64,000 nucleotides of DNA from an uncultured Gemmatimonadales bacterium (GTDB lineage Bacteria; Gemmatimonadota; Gemmatimonadetes; Longimicrobiales; Longimicrobiaceae): positions 992,001-1,056,000 of the forward strand of contig OY970303.1 of assembly GCA_963716255.1 (NCBI GenBank), given 5' to 3'. Positions within the stretch are counted from its first letter, which is position 1. Every line of letters starts with the position of its first letter. This document shows, piece after piece, positions 1 to 10,761 of the stretch. Both the position numbers and the translations under genes were made by a program. The notes below the pieces were generated by a model. The model worked only from the letters and a program-made list of their open reading frames with translations. It searched no databases and was not told the origin of the DNA.

Positions 1-36
1 CGACGACGCCCCCGCCGGGTGGCGGGGGCGTCGTCG
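1..36. terminator. GC-rich palindromic hairpin (terminator/REP-like)
   Basis: cgacgacgcccccgcc-gggt-ggcgggggcgtcgtcg, perfect 16-bp stem just downstream of the minus-strand kinase; identical copy at 2995-3030. Confidence 0.7.
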
Positions 37-73
37 GGGGGGTCGTAAAAGGGCGCGGCCGCGAGGCGGCGGC

Positions 74-2818
74 TTATCGGGGTGGGGATGCGGGGAGCCA
101 GAGGGTGAAGCAGGCGCCCCGTCCGGGGGTGCTGCTCACCGTAAGGCCCCCGTCCATCATGCGCGTGAGCATGCGGCTGATGCTCAGGCCAAGGCCCGTT
201 CCGCCGCCACGGTCGCGGCCGCCGACGTCCTGGACGAACGGTGCGAAGATCATCTCCTGCATCTCCGGGGAGATGCCGATTCCTTCGTCCTCCACGTCCA
301 GGGCCACCCATGGGCCCGGCCAGGTGGAATCGACACCCTGCGGCGTGGCGGTTTCCGCGCGGCATCGGACGCGGATGTTGCCACCCGGCTCCGAGAACTT
401 GCAGGCGTTGGACAGCAGGTTGACGAGGACCTGGCGGATCCGGCCGGGATCCCCCCACACGCCCACGTCCGCGCAACCGCCGGTCCCGTCGAAGAGGATG
501 AGCCCGCGCTTCGCGAGCAGCGACTCGGTGATCTCCAGGGCGTCCAGCGCCACGCGATGAACCGCGACCCGCTCGCGCAGCACGTTCATCTCGCCGGCTT
601 CCACCTTGGCCAGGTCGAGGACGTCGTTGACCAGCGCCAGAAGGTGCCTGCCGCTTCCCTGGATCCGCTGCACGCGCTCCAGCTGGCCGGCTTCCAGGGA
701 GCCGCCGATTCCCAGCTCCAGGAGGTCCGCGTAGCCGAGTACCGCGTTGATCGGCGTGCGGATCTCGTGGCTCATGGTGGCGAGGAACTGGCTCTTGAAC
801 CGGTTCGCGGCCTGTGCCGCCGCGAGAAGCGCCTCGCTCTCGATCTCCACCGCCTTGCGCTCGGTGATGTCCACGCAGGCGCCGGTCATGTAGAGCGGCA
901 TTCCCTCCGCGTCCAGGTACGTGCGCCCCTTGTCGAGCAGCCAGCGCACGGAGCCGTCCGGCCACACCACGCGGAACTCCTCGTGGAAGCCCACGCCATG
1001 AGAGGCGGCGCGCGCCGCGGCTTCGGCCACCCGGGCACGGTCCCCGGGATGGACGTGCGCGAGAAATTCGTCGACCGTCCGGGGGGTTTCGGACGGGGCG
1101 AGCCCGAAGAGGCGTTCCAGCGCCGTGTCCCATTCGAGCACGCCGCTCCGCATGCCCCAGCGGAACGTCCCCGTGGCGGAGGCGTCGAGCGCGGCCTGAA
1201 GCCGCTCCTCGCTTTCCCTCCGCGCCCGCTCGGCGTCCTTCTGGAGCTGGATGTCGGTACAGGTGCCGAACCAGCGCTCCACCGCCCCGCTCCCGTCGCG
1301 GAGCGGAAGCGCCAGCCACAGGTGCCAGCGGTACTCCCCGTCATGGCGCCGCAGCCGGCACTCCACGGAGAAGGGCTCCACCGCCCGGAGCGAGTGGCGC
1401 CAGGTGCCGAGCGCCTGCTCCCTGTCCTCCGGGTGAAGCACCCCGCTCCACCGGGACGCGTGCGCTTCGTCGCGGGTCTGCCCCGTGTAGTCGAGCCAGC
1501 GCCCGTTGAAGTAGTCGAGGCCGCCGTCCGCCCGGGCGCTCCACACGAGGTGCGGAATCATCTCGGCGAGGAAGCGGAACCGCGCTTCGCTCTCGGCGAG
1601 GCGGCTTTCGGCCAGCTTGCGCGCCCGGATGTCCTCGGCGACCGCGACGAAGCGCCACGGCCTTCCCGCCGGGTCGCGGACCATGGACACGGTCAGCTCC
1701 GCCCAGGTCGTACGGCCGTCCTTGCCCACGTACCGCTTCTCGAGCGAACAGCACTCGATCTCGCCGGCGAGCATCCGCTCCATCAGCCGGGCGTCGGCCG
1801 GAAAGTCGTCGGGGTGGGTCACGTCGCGAAAGCTCACCCCGCGCAGCTCGTCCGGCGGATAGCCCACGATGTCGCAGAACCGCTCGTTGGCCCGCAGGTA
1901 CCGTCCGTCCGTCCCGACCTCCGCGATCCCCACCGCGGCGTGCTGGAAGAGCGCCCGGAAGCCGGCCTCGCCCTCCCCGGCCGCCGACGGGACGACGGAC
2001 CCGACCGGCAGCCGGTCCGGAGCGCCCGCGCCCGTCACGTCGCGCGCCACGCTCAGCAGCCCCACGATCCGCCCCTCCTCGTCGTGCTCGGGGACGAGGA
2101 AGCTCCAGAACCGCCGCTCGCCGTCCGGCGACGGGAAGACGAAGTGGAGCTCCTGCACCTCGTCGGACCGGATCGCCGCCCGCTGCGCCCTCTCCCACTG
2201 CTCGGCGAGGTGCTCCGCCATGCCGAGCTCGCGGTTGGTCCGGCCGAGGAACTCCGCGGCCGCGCGGCCGGTCGCCCGCTCCACCGCCGGGTTGACGTAA
2301 AGGTGGCGTCCCTCCAGGTCGAACCGGGCGACCACGTCCGGGAGGCGGTCGAGCAGGGTGCGCAGCTCCGTGGCGTGGCGCAGCAGCGCCTGCTCGGCCC
2401 GCCGCTGGTCCGTGATGTCGTCCACCACGGCGACGAAGAAGAGAGGCTTCTCCGACAGCTTCTCCCGCACCAGCGTGACGCGAACGTCGGCCCAGACGCT
2501 GGAGCCGTCCTTTCGCACGTAGCGCTTCTCGATGGTGTAGCTGGCCTGTTCGCCCGCCACCGTGCGCAGGGCCTGGTCGAGGTCCGCCGCCAGGTCTTCC
2601 GGGTGCGTCAGCTCCTGGAAGCGAAGCTCCAGGAGCTCCTCGCAGCTGTACCCCAGGATGGAGCACAGGCGCTGGTTCACGCGGAGCCAGCGCCCGTCGG
2701 GTGCCAGATGCGCGATCCCGACCGGCGCCAGCTCGAAGGTGGCCAGGAAGCGCTCCTCGGTCAGCCGGAGCGCTTCCTCCAGGTGCCGGGCCCTCGCTTC
2801 ATCGGGGTGAGTACGCAT
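74..2818 (-). CDS. Multi-PAS/PAC sensor histidine kinase
   Basis: About five PAS/PAC repeats (THPEDL..EKRYVRKDGS..DIT); HisKA motif FLATMSHEIRTP; HATPase motifs NLLSNACKF, DEGIG, GGTGLGL. Confidence 0.93.
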   Translation of the reverse strand: MRTHPDEARARHLEEALRLTEERFLATFELAPVGIAHLAPDGRWLRVNQRLCSILGYSCEELLELRFQELTHPEDLAADLDQALRTVAGEQASYTIEKRYVRKDGSSVWADVRVTLVREKLSEKPLFFVAVVDDITDQRRAEQALLRHATELRTLLDRLPDVVARFDLEGRHLYVNPAVERATGRAAAEFLGRTNRELGMAEHLAEQWERAQRAAIRSDEVQELHFVFPSPDGERRFWSFLVPEHDEEGRIVGLLSVARDVTGAGAPDRLPVGSVVPSAAGEGEAGFRALFQHAAVGIAEVGTDGRYLRANERFCDIVGYPPDELRGVSFRDVTHPDDFPADARLMERMLAGEIECCSLEKRYVGKDGRTTWAELTVSMVRDPAGRPWRFVAVAEDIRARKLAESRLAESEARFRFLAEMIPHLVWSARADGGLDYFNGRWLDYTGQTRDEAHASRWSGVLHPEDREQALGTWRHSLRAVEPFSVECRLRRHDGEYRWHLWLALPLRDGSGAVERWFGTCTDIQLQKDAERARRESEERLQAALDASATGTFRWGMRSGVLEWDTALERLFGLAPSETPRTVDEFLAHVHPGDRARVAEAAARAASHGVGFHEEFRVVWPDGSVRWLLDKGRTYLDAEGMPLYMTGACVDITERKAVEIESEALLAAAQAANRFKSQFLATMSHEIRTPINAVLGYADLLELGIGGSLEAGQLERVQRIQGSGRHLLALVNDVLDLAKVEAGEMNVLRERVAVHRVALDALEITESLLAKRGLILFDGTGGCADVGVWGDPGRIRQVLVNLLSNACKFSEPGGNIRVRCRAETATPQGVDSTWPGPWVALDVEDEGIGISPEMQEMIFAPFVQDVGGRDRGGGTGLGLSISRMLTRMMDGGLTVSSTPGRGACFTLWLPASPPR

Positions 2819-2994
2819 GGGAGGACCGGAGGAGGGGAGCGTGCATGGGCAAACACTTGTACAAAGGTATATCCACCGGAGGGCACGGCAAAGAACGTGG
2901 ACACGCCTCCGGTCCGGCAGCGCCTCGCCGTGCGCTGCGCGGGCCCCGCGCGCCGCCCGGCATCGTGCCGGCGTCCGGCGGGGCGCAACGGCAG

Positions 2995-3030
2995 CGACGA
3001 CGCCCCCGCCGGGTGGCGGGGGCGTCGTCG
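2995..3030. terminator. GC-rich palindromic hairpin identical to 1-36
   Basis: Same 36-nt hairpin, lying 3' of the minus-strand glgB/HhH genes. Confidence 0.7.
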
Positions 3031-3062
3031 GGAGGGCGCCGTGCGGAGGACCGCGCCGCCGG

Positions 3063-3872
3063 CTACCTCAGGTGCTGCTTCACGCGCTCCGCGGTCTGGC
3101 GGTCCATCCCCTGGACGCCGGCGATCTCGTCCACGCCGGCGTGCCGCAGGCTGTACAGCGTCCCGAAGTGGTCCGCGAGCGCGTCCGCCCGGTTCCCCAG
3201 CCCGTCCACCCCCTCCAGCTGGTGCACCAGCCGCTCGCGCTCCAGCTGCCGCCCCACCGCGCCCTGGTCGGACACGTCGTGGCCGTGGCCGCGCAGCTCC
3301 TCCAGCAGCCCCAGCCACTCGCCGTGCCCCCACCCCTGCGGGCGCGAGCGGGCGAACTGGCGCAGGTGGTCGCCCAGGCTGTGCCCGGCCCCGCCCCCCG
3401 CCCCGCCGCCCGCACCACCGCTGGCACCGCCGCCCGCACCCGCGCCGCCGCGCTTCCGGGCTCCCCCGCCGCCGGTGCTCCCGGCTCCGCCGGAGCTCTT
3501 CTTCGCCGCGGCGCCGCCGGACCCTCCGGATCGCTTCTTCGCGGCCCCGCCGCCCGCCGGGCCGCCATCCAGCCCCGGGCTCCCGTCGCCCATCCCCGCG
3601 CCCGTGCCCCCGCCCGCGGACTTCCTGGCCGCGGCGCGCTTCGCGCCCCCCCCGCCGGAGGCGGTGTCGCCGGTGGTCCCGCCGGTGCCGGTGGCCAGCG
3701 CCGCGGCCCGCTTCGCCGCCGGGGTCTTGCCCGCCGACTTCGCCGCGGTCTTCCTGGCGGTGGCGCCGCCCTCCGCTCCGCCGTCGCCGCTGCCCGGGGA
3801 AGCGCCGGAGGCCGCGCGCGCGGCCGCCCCGTCCCTCGCGCCCTTTCCCCTGGTGGATTCGTTCTTCGCCAT
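3063..3872 (-). CDS. Low-complexity basic G/A/K-rich protein with C-terminal helix-hairpin-helix domain
   Basis: Start MAKNESTRGK after a GGAG RBS; KTAAKSAGK/KRAAARKS repeats; C-terminal VDGLG..LADHFGTLYSLRHAGVDEIAGVQGMDRQTAERV resembles a UvrC-type (HhH)2. Confidence 0.7.
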   Translation of the reverse strand: MAKNESTRGKGARDGAAARAASGASPGSGDGGAEGGATARKTAAKSAGKTPAAKRAAALATGTGGTTGDTASGGGGAKRAAARKSAGGGTGAGMGDGSPGLDGGPAGGGAAKKRSGGSGGAAAKKSSGGAGSTGGGGARKRGGAGAGGGASGGAGGGAGGGAGHSLGDHLRQFARSRPQGWGHGEWLGLLEELRGHGHDVSDQGAVGRQLERERLVHQLEGVDGLGNRADALADHFGTLYSLRHAGVDEIAGVQGMDRQTAERVKQHLR

Positions 3873-3925
3873 GGGTCGGTCTCCCTGGTGGTTGTGGCCG
3901 GCCGGCGCCTCCGGCCGGATCCGGA

Positions 3926-6130
3926 CTACGCTTCCTCGTGCTTCAGGACCAGCAGGCCCAGCGGCGGCAGCACCATCCGCGCCGACTGCGCGCGCCCGTG
4001 CTCGGGGACGGGCTCCGTCTCCACCGCGCCCGCGTTCCCCAGGTTGCTCCCCCCGTACGCCTCCGCGTCGCTGTTCAGCACCTCGGCGTACCGCCCGGGC
4101 CGGGGGAGCCCCACGCGGTAGCCCATGCGGGGGACGGGGGTGAAGTTGCACACGAACACCAGCTCCTCGCCCGGCTCCGTGCCGCGCCGGACGAACGACA
4201 CCACGGAGTTCCGCACGTCGTGGAAGTCGATCCACTCGAACCCCTCGTGCGCGAAGTCCGTTTCCCAGAACGCCTTCTCGCGGGCGTACAGGGCGTTGAG
4301 GTCGCGCACGAAGCGCTGCACCCCGGCGTGCAGCCGGTCGTCCAGCAGGTCCCAGTCCAGGGCGCGCCCCTCGCTCCACTCCCGCCACTGCCCCAGCTCG
4401 CCGCCCATGAAGAGCAGCTTCTTGCCGGGGTGCGCCCACATGTAGCCCAGCGCCAGGCGCAGGTTCGCCAGCTTCTGCCAGGCGTCGCCGGGCATCTTGC
4501 TGGCGAGCGAGCCCTTGCCGTGCACCACCTCGTCGTGCGACAGGGGGAGGACGAAGCGCTCGCTGAAGGCGTACATCAGCGAGAAGGTGACCAGGTTGAA
4601 GTGGAACTGCCGGTACACCGGGTCCTCCTGCGCGAAGCGCAGGAAGTCGTTCATCCACCCCATGTTCCACTTGAGGTGGAAGCCCAGCCCGCCCAGGTGC
4701 GCGGGCTGCGTCACCCCCGGCCAGGCGGTGGATTCCTCCGCGATCATCAGCGTCCCCGGGACGCGCTCGCGCACCGCGGTGTTGAGCTGCTGGAGGAAGG
4801 CGATGGCCTCCAGGTTCTCGCGCCCGCCGTAGCGGTTGGGGACCCACTCGCCCGCCTTGCGGGAGTAGTCCAGGTAGAGCATGGAGGCCACCGCGTCCAC
4901 GCGCAGGCCGTCCACGTGGAACTCCTCCAGCCAGTACAGCGCGTTGGCGACCAGGAAGTTGCGGACCTCGTTGCGCCCGAAGTTGAAGACCATGGTCCCC
5001 CAGTCCGGGTGCTCGCCCTGCCGGGGGTCGGCGTGCTCGTACAGCGGCGTCCCGTCGAAGAGGCGCAGGGCGTGCGCGTCGCGGGGGAAGTGCGCGGGCA
5101 CCCAGTCCAGGATCACCCCGATCCCGCGCTGGTGCAGGTGGTCCACGAAGTAGCGGAAGTCGTCCGGGGTGCCGAAGCGCGCGGTGGGGGCGTAGTAGCC
5201 GGTCACCTGGTAGCCCCAGGAGGGGTCGTACGGGTGCTCGGCCACCGGGAGCAGCTCCACGTGCGTGAACCCCATCTCGGTCACGTAGTCGGCGAGCCGG
5301 TGCGCCACTTCGCGGTAGTCCAGCACGCGGTCGTCCTCGCCGCGCTGCCAGGAGCCCAGGTGCACCTCGTACACGGCCATGGGGCCCTCGCACGGGTTGC
5401 GCTCCGCCCGCGCCAGCATCCACTCGCCGTCCTCCCAGGCCGGGTGGTCCAGCCCGTAGACCACGGAGGCGGTGTCCGGGCGCAGCTCCGCGGCGAAGGC
5501 CATGGGGTCGGCCTTGAGCAGCAGCTCGCCGGAGGGGGCGCGGATCTCGTACTTGTAGACGGTGCCGCGCTCCACGCCGGGGAGGAAGATCTCCCACACG
5601 CCGGAGCCCGGGTGGCTGCGCATGACGTGGCGCCCCCCGTCCCACCCGTTGAAGGCGCCCACCACGCTCACCCGGCGCGCGTTGGGCGCCCACACGGCGA
5701 AGCGCGTCCCGCGGACCCCGTCCATCTCGCAGGGGTGCGCCCCCAGCACGGAGTACATGCGGTAGTGGGTCCCCTGCCCCAGCAGGTACAGGTCGAAGTC
5801 CGTGACCGTGGAGCCGAACGCGTACGGGTCGGCCGCCTCGGCCTGCGCGCCGTCCTCCGCCTCGGTGCGCAGCCGGTAGGGGAAGGACTCCGCGCCGCGC
5901 GGGAGGAGGACTTCGAAGAAGCCCGCCGGGTGCGCCCGCTCCATGGGGAGCGCTTCCCCCGTCTCCGCGTGCACCGCCGCCGCCCGCGCCGCGCCGGGGA
6001 GGAAGGCGCGCACCACCACCCGGACCTCGCCCCCCACCGAGACCCGGTGGGGCCCCAGCACCCGGAAGGGGTCCGGGTGGTCGCCCTGGACGACCAGGCT
6101 CACGTCGTGCTCCAGCGTAACCGGGACCAT
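3926..6130 (-). CDS. glgB: 1,4-alpha-glucan branching enzyme
   Basis: [39 protein letters not shown] and [10 protein letters not shown] motifs. Confidence 0.96.
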   Translation of the reverse strand: MVPVTLEHDVSLVVQGDHPDPFRVLGPHRVSVGGEVRVVVRAFLPGAARAAAVHAETGEALPMERAHPAGFFEVLLPRGAESFPYRLRTEAEDGAQAEAADPYAFGSTVTDFDLYLLGQGTHYRMYSVLGAHPCEMDGVRGTRFAVWAPNARRVSVVGAFNGWDGGRHVMRSHPGSGVWEIFLPGVERGTVYKYEIRAPSGELLLKADPMAFAAELRPDTASVVYGLDHPAWEDGEWMLARAERNPCEGPMAVYEVHLGSWQRGEDDRVLDYREVAHRLADYVTEMGFTHVELLPVAEHPYDPSWGYQVTGYYAPTARFGTPDDFRYFVDHLHQRGIGVILDWVPAHFPRDAHALRLFDGTPLYEHADPRQGEHPDWGTMVFNFGRNEVRNFLVANALYWLEEFHVDGLRVDAVASMLYLDYSRKAGEWVPNRYGGRENLEAIAFLQQLNTAVRERVPGTLMIAEESTAWPGVTQPAHLGGLGFHLKWNMGWMNDFLRFAQEDPVYRQFHFNLVTFSLMYAFSERFVLPLSHDEVVHGKGSLASKMPGDAWQKLANLRLALGYMWAHPGKKLLFMGGELGQWREWSEGRALDWDLLDDRLHAGVQRFVRDLNALYAREKAFWETDFAHEGFEWIDFHDVRNSVVSFVRRGTEPGEELVFVCNFTPVPRMGYRVGLPRPGRYAEVLNSDAEAYGGSNLGNAGAVETEPVPEHGRAQSARMVLPPLGLLVLKHEEA

Positions 6131-6302
6131 CTGCCTCTGTAGTTTTCTGTCCAGTTCGGTTGCCCGCGTGCCGCTCCCCATGCGAGGTGCGTGCCGGAAC
6201 GGCGAGGGAACAGGGAATCGGGTTCCTCCGGTGCAGGCGCAGCGTGCAGCGCCACGGGGAACAGCCTGCCAGTGCACCGTACTCCGGCTCCCGACGCCTA
6301 CT

Positions 6303-7064
6303 TCAGCCCTCCGCTTCCAGGCGCGACGCGGCGGCCTCGTCCAGGATCCAGACCGGCTCCCCGGAGGCGGGGCGGACGAGCTGCGCCGGGATGCGCAGCG
6401 GGTCCAGCGCGCCCCGGAGCACGGCGCGCACCCGGGCCGCCTTGTCTGCGCCGGTGACCAGGAACTCCACGCGGGACGCGGCGTCCAGCGTCGGCGGCGT
6501 GAGCGTCACGCGCGGCTCGCCGTCGTGCAGCGCGGGCGCGGCGGGGCGAACCCGCTCCAGCAGCGCCGGGGCAAACGGAAAGAGCGAGGCGGTGTGCCCG
6601 TCGGCACCCATCCCCAGGTGCACCAGGTCCAGGCGGGGCGGGCCGCCGCCCCACGCCTCGGCCAGCTCGCGCGCGTACGCGTCGGCGGCGCGCGCGGCGC
6701 CCAGCTCCCCGCGCACCCGGTGCACGCCGCCCGCGGCGACGGGCACGCGCGACAGCAGCGCCTCCCGCGCCATGCGGAAGTTGCTCCGCGGGTGCCCCGG
6801 GGGGACGCAGCGCTCGTCCCCCCACCAGAACTGCACCCGTTGCCACGGCACGGCCGCGGCGAAGGGCTCCGCGGCCAGCAGCGCGTACGCGCGGCGCGGG
6901 GTGCTCCCCCCGGCGAGCGCCACCGCGAAGCGCCCCCGCGCCTCCACCGCCTCGCGCGCCGCGGCCGCGAAGCGCTCCGCGCACAGCCGCGCGGCGGCGG
7001 CCGCGTCCGCGCACACCAGCGCGCGCCCCCGCCCGGCAAAACGCAGCTCGCGCGGCGCGGTCAC
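6303..7064 (-). CDS. pgl: 6-phosphogluconolactonase
   Basis: [30 protein letters not shown]; directly downstream of zwf; GTG start inferred. Confidence 0.93.
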   Translation of the reverse strand: MTAPRELRFAGRGRALVCADAAAAARLCAERFAAAAREAVEARGRFAVALAGGSTPRRAYALLAAEPFAAAVPWQRVQFWWGDERCVPPGHPRSNFRMAREALLSRVPVAAGGVHRVRGELGAARAADAYARELAEAWGGGPPRLDLVHLGMGADGHTASLFPFAPALLERVRPAAPALHDGEPRVTLTPPTLDAASRVEFLVTGADKAARVRAVLRGALDPLRIPAQLVRPASGEPVWILDEAAASRLEAEG

Positions 7065-7083
7065 CGGGGCCTCACGACGGCCC

Positions 7084-7213
7084 CCACCCGGCGGCCTTAG
7101 AGCCGCCACCCTCCCCCAATTCTGGGGGAGGGCTTCCCGACCCTCGACTGCCCGCGTGTCGCAGCCGGTCTCCCCCTCTCCCGCTTGCGGGGGAGGGGGC
7201 CGGGGGGAGGGGG
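7084..7213. repeat. REP-like palindromes (ccctcccccaattctgggggaggg and ccctctcccgcttgcgggggaggg types)
   Basis: Related hairpins recur near 10120-10163, 14445-14480, 34815-34863, 42913-42968, 50568-50722, 52906-52938, 56862-56910 and 62276-62403. Confidence 0.8.
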
Positions 7214-7240
7214 CCCCCCGCGGACGCCAGCGCGATGCCC

Positions 7241-7368
7241 GCGTGAGGGATTTCGGCCCGAAGGGGCGAGACCCCGCGGCAGTTTGCGGGGGCTCGACTC
7301 CGTTGAGCAGCGTTGTTTGCTGCTCTACGGAGCCGAAGCCCGACCCCGGCGCAGCCGGGGGCACGCCC
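7241..7368 (+). repeat. Structured ~130-bp repeat, family A copy 1
   Basis: gcgtgagggatttcggcccgaaggggcgagac...ctccgtt...tacggagccgaagcccgacccc...ggggcacgccc; one of 11 copies. Confidence 0.92.
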
Positions 7369-7397
7369 GACCCCGCAGTGACGAGCAGTTCCGGACG

Positions 7398-8941
7398 TCA
7401 CGGCTGATGCCAGCTCCGCCCCGGCCCCAGCAGCCGGTCCGCGCCCTCGGGCCCCCAGCTCCCAGCCGGGTACGGCTCGGGGCTGCCGGCACGCTCCCAC
7501 TCCTCCAGGATGGGCGTCGCCAGCGTCCACGCGGCCTCCACCTCGTCGCGCCGGGCGAACAGGGTGGCGTCGCCCAGCATGGCGTCCAGCAGGAGGCGCT
7601 GGTACGCCTCGGGCGACTCGGCGCCGGGAAAGGCGCTGCGGTAGTCGAAGTCCATGCTCACCGGCTGGAGCCGCCCCAGCAGCCCCGGTACCTTGGCCTC
7701 GAAGAACAGCGAGATCCCCTCGCGCGGCTGGATGCGCAGCACCAGCGCGTCCGGCGCCGGCATCTCGTTGTCCACCAGGTCCATCACGGGGTTGGGCGCG
7801 GGGCGGAACTGGATCACCACCTCGCTCGCCTTGGAGGGGAGCCGCTTGCCGGTGCGCAGGAAGAAGGGGACGTCGGCCCAGCGCCAGTTGTCCACCCAGA
7901 TCCTCAGCGCCGCGAAGGTCTCGGTCCGCGAGTCCGGGGCGACCCCCTCCTCCCCCAGGTAGCCGGGGACCTCTTCGCCGTCGAGCAGGCCGGCGGCGTA
8001 CCGGCCGCGCACGGTCTCGCGGAGCACGTCCTCGCCGCGGATGGGGCGCACGGAGCGCAGCACCTTGACCTTCTCGTTGCGGATGGAGTCGGCGTCGTAC
8101 GAGGCGGGCGGCTCCATGGCCACCAGCGTGAGCACCTGCAGCAGGTGGCTCTGCACCATGTCGCGGAACGCCCCGCTCCGCTCGTAGTAGTCGGCGCGGC
8201 GCTCCACCCCCACCGTCTCGGCCACGGTGATCTGCACGCTGTCCACGTGGGCGCGGCTCCACAGCGGCTCCCACACCGTGTTGCCGAAGCGGAAGACCAT
8301 CAGGTTCTGGAGCGTTTCCTTGCCCAGGTAGTGGTCGATGCGGAACACCTGCCGCTCGTCGAACACCTCCAGAAGCGTGCGGTTGAGCTCCCGCGCGGAT
8401 TCCAGGTCGCGCCCGAAGGGCTTTTCCACGATGATGCGGGTCCAGCAGGGGCACCCCGGCGCGCACACCAGCCCCGCCCGCCCCAGGTCGGCGGTGATGT
8501 TGCGGAGCACCTGCGGGGGAACGGCGAGGTAGAAGAGGCGGTTTCCCGGCAGCCCCAGCCCGCGCTCCACCTCCTCCAGCTGGCTCTTGAGCCGGTCGAA
8601 CCCCTCGGCGTCGTCGAACACCTCGCTGCCGAAGAACAGGCGCGGCGCGAACGCGGCCCACTCCTCCTCCGCGGGGGCCGTGGCGAACTCCGCCAGGGCG
8701 GCGCGCATCAGCTCGCGGTAGGCGTCGTCCGTGAACTGCTCGCGCGCCACCCCCACGATGGCGAAGCTCTCGGGGAGGAGGTCGTGCTGCCAGAGGCGGA
8801 AGAGCGCCGGGAGGAGCTTGCGCCGCGCGAGGTCGCCCGTCCCCCCGAAGATCACCAGGGTGACGGGCTCGGGGGTGCGCGGGGTGGAAAGGGTCTTCCG
8901 GAGCGGGCTGCGCGCCGGCGCCTGGACGACGTGGACCGTGC

Positions 8942-8945
<4 letters not shown>
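7398..8945 (-). CDS. zwf: Glucose-6-phosphate 1-dehydrogenase
   Basis: GGTGDLARRKL, EKPFG, RIDHYLGKE, RTGKRL; TTG start overlaps the gnd stop. Confidence 0.96.
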
Positions 8946-9874
<929 letters not shown>

Positions 9875-9978
9875 CGCGCGCCTCCGCATGGCTGTTCCGT
9901 CGCCTGTACAGATCCCGCGCGGGTGATGCAAGTTGGATTCCGATTGGTGCGGAAGGAGCTGCATGAAAGCGAGGATCC

Positions 9979-10111
9979 GGGCGTGCCCCCGGCTGGCGCC
10001 GGGGTCGGGCTTCGGCTCAGTAGGGCTGCAAACGACGCAGCCCAACGGAGTCGAGCCCCGGCGGAAACAGCCCCGCCGGGTCTCGCCCCTCCGGGCCGGA
10101 ATCCCTCACGC
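9979..10111 (-). repeat. Family A structured repeat copy 2
   Basis: Reverse-complement match to the family A consensus. Confidence 0.9.
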
Positions 10112-10240
10112 GACGGCGGCCCCCTCCCCCCGGCCCCCTCCCCCGCAAGCGGGAGAGGGGGAGAACGACGTGCCCCCGCCGGGATCTCCCGACGGGGGCG
10201 CCATCACCTACTGCGTACCGCCGTTCACTTTCGCACGTCC

Positions 10241-10720
10241 CTACCCCTTCGCCATCGCCCGGAACCGCCCCACCTGCTCCCGGTCGCCCACCACCATCAG
10301 CGTGTCGCCCGCCTCGACCACGGCCGACGGGTCCGGGTTGGGGCGGGCGTCGCCGCCGCGGAGGATGGCGATGATGCTGGCGCCGGTGCGCCCGCGGACC
10401 TCCGACTCGCGGATGCTGCGCCCGGCGAGCGGCGAATCCGCCTCCACCCTGAACCACTCCACCGAGAGCTGGCCCAGCACCATCTCCATGGACTCCGCCA
10501 CCGGCGGCTGGAAGTAGGCGCCGCCCAGGATCGCGCCCAGCTTGCGGGCCTCGGCGTCGTTCAGGCGGACGGAGTGGAAGGGAAAGTCCTCCCCGCCGCG
10601 GAAGTGGTAGACCTCGCGGTCGCCCGAGTTGTGGATGATCACCGTCATCCGGTCGCCCTCGGCCGTGGTGAGGGCGAACTTCTTCCCCACGCCGGGGAGA
10701 TCGTGCTCACGAACCTGCAT
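10241..10720 (-). CDS. K+/H+ antiporter regulatory subunit (KhtT-like, TrkA-C domain)
   Basis: MQVREHDLPGVGKKF N-terminus, LGAILGG, TrkA-C motif RGRTGASIIAILRG..NPDP..GDTL. Confidence 0.88.
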   Translation of the reverse strand: MQVREHDLPGVGKKFALTTAEGDRMTVIIHNSGDREVYHFRGGEDFPFHSVRLNDAEARKLGAILGGAYFQPPVAESMEMVLGQLSVEWFRVEADSPLAGRSIRESEVRGRTGASIIAILRGGDARPNPDPSAVVEAGDTLMVVGDREQVGRFRAMAKG

Positions 10721-10761
10721 GGGACCGTCCTTCCGTCGGGAGGGAAAAGGAAAAGGGGACC

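Noticed and set aside
557..6142. 1861-aa plus-strand ORF and similar giant ORFs (27068-32032, 10822-13539, 50932-53577)
   Set aside because: Antisense or frame-shifted shadows of real genes in high-GC DNA; R/P/G/A-rich with no motifs.
7241..7368. tRNA, hammerhead ribozyme or integron attC identity for family A
   Set aside because: No T-loop/CCA, no CUGAUGA core, no RYYYAAC/GTTRRRY ends, and no integrase or cassette arrangement.
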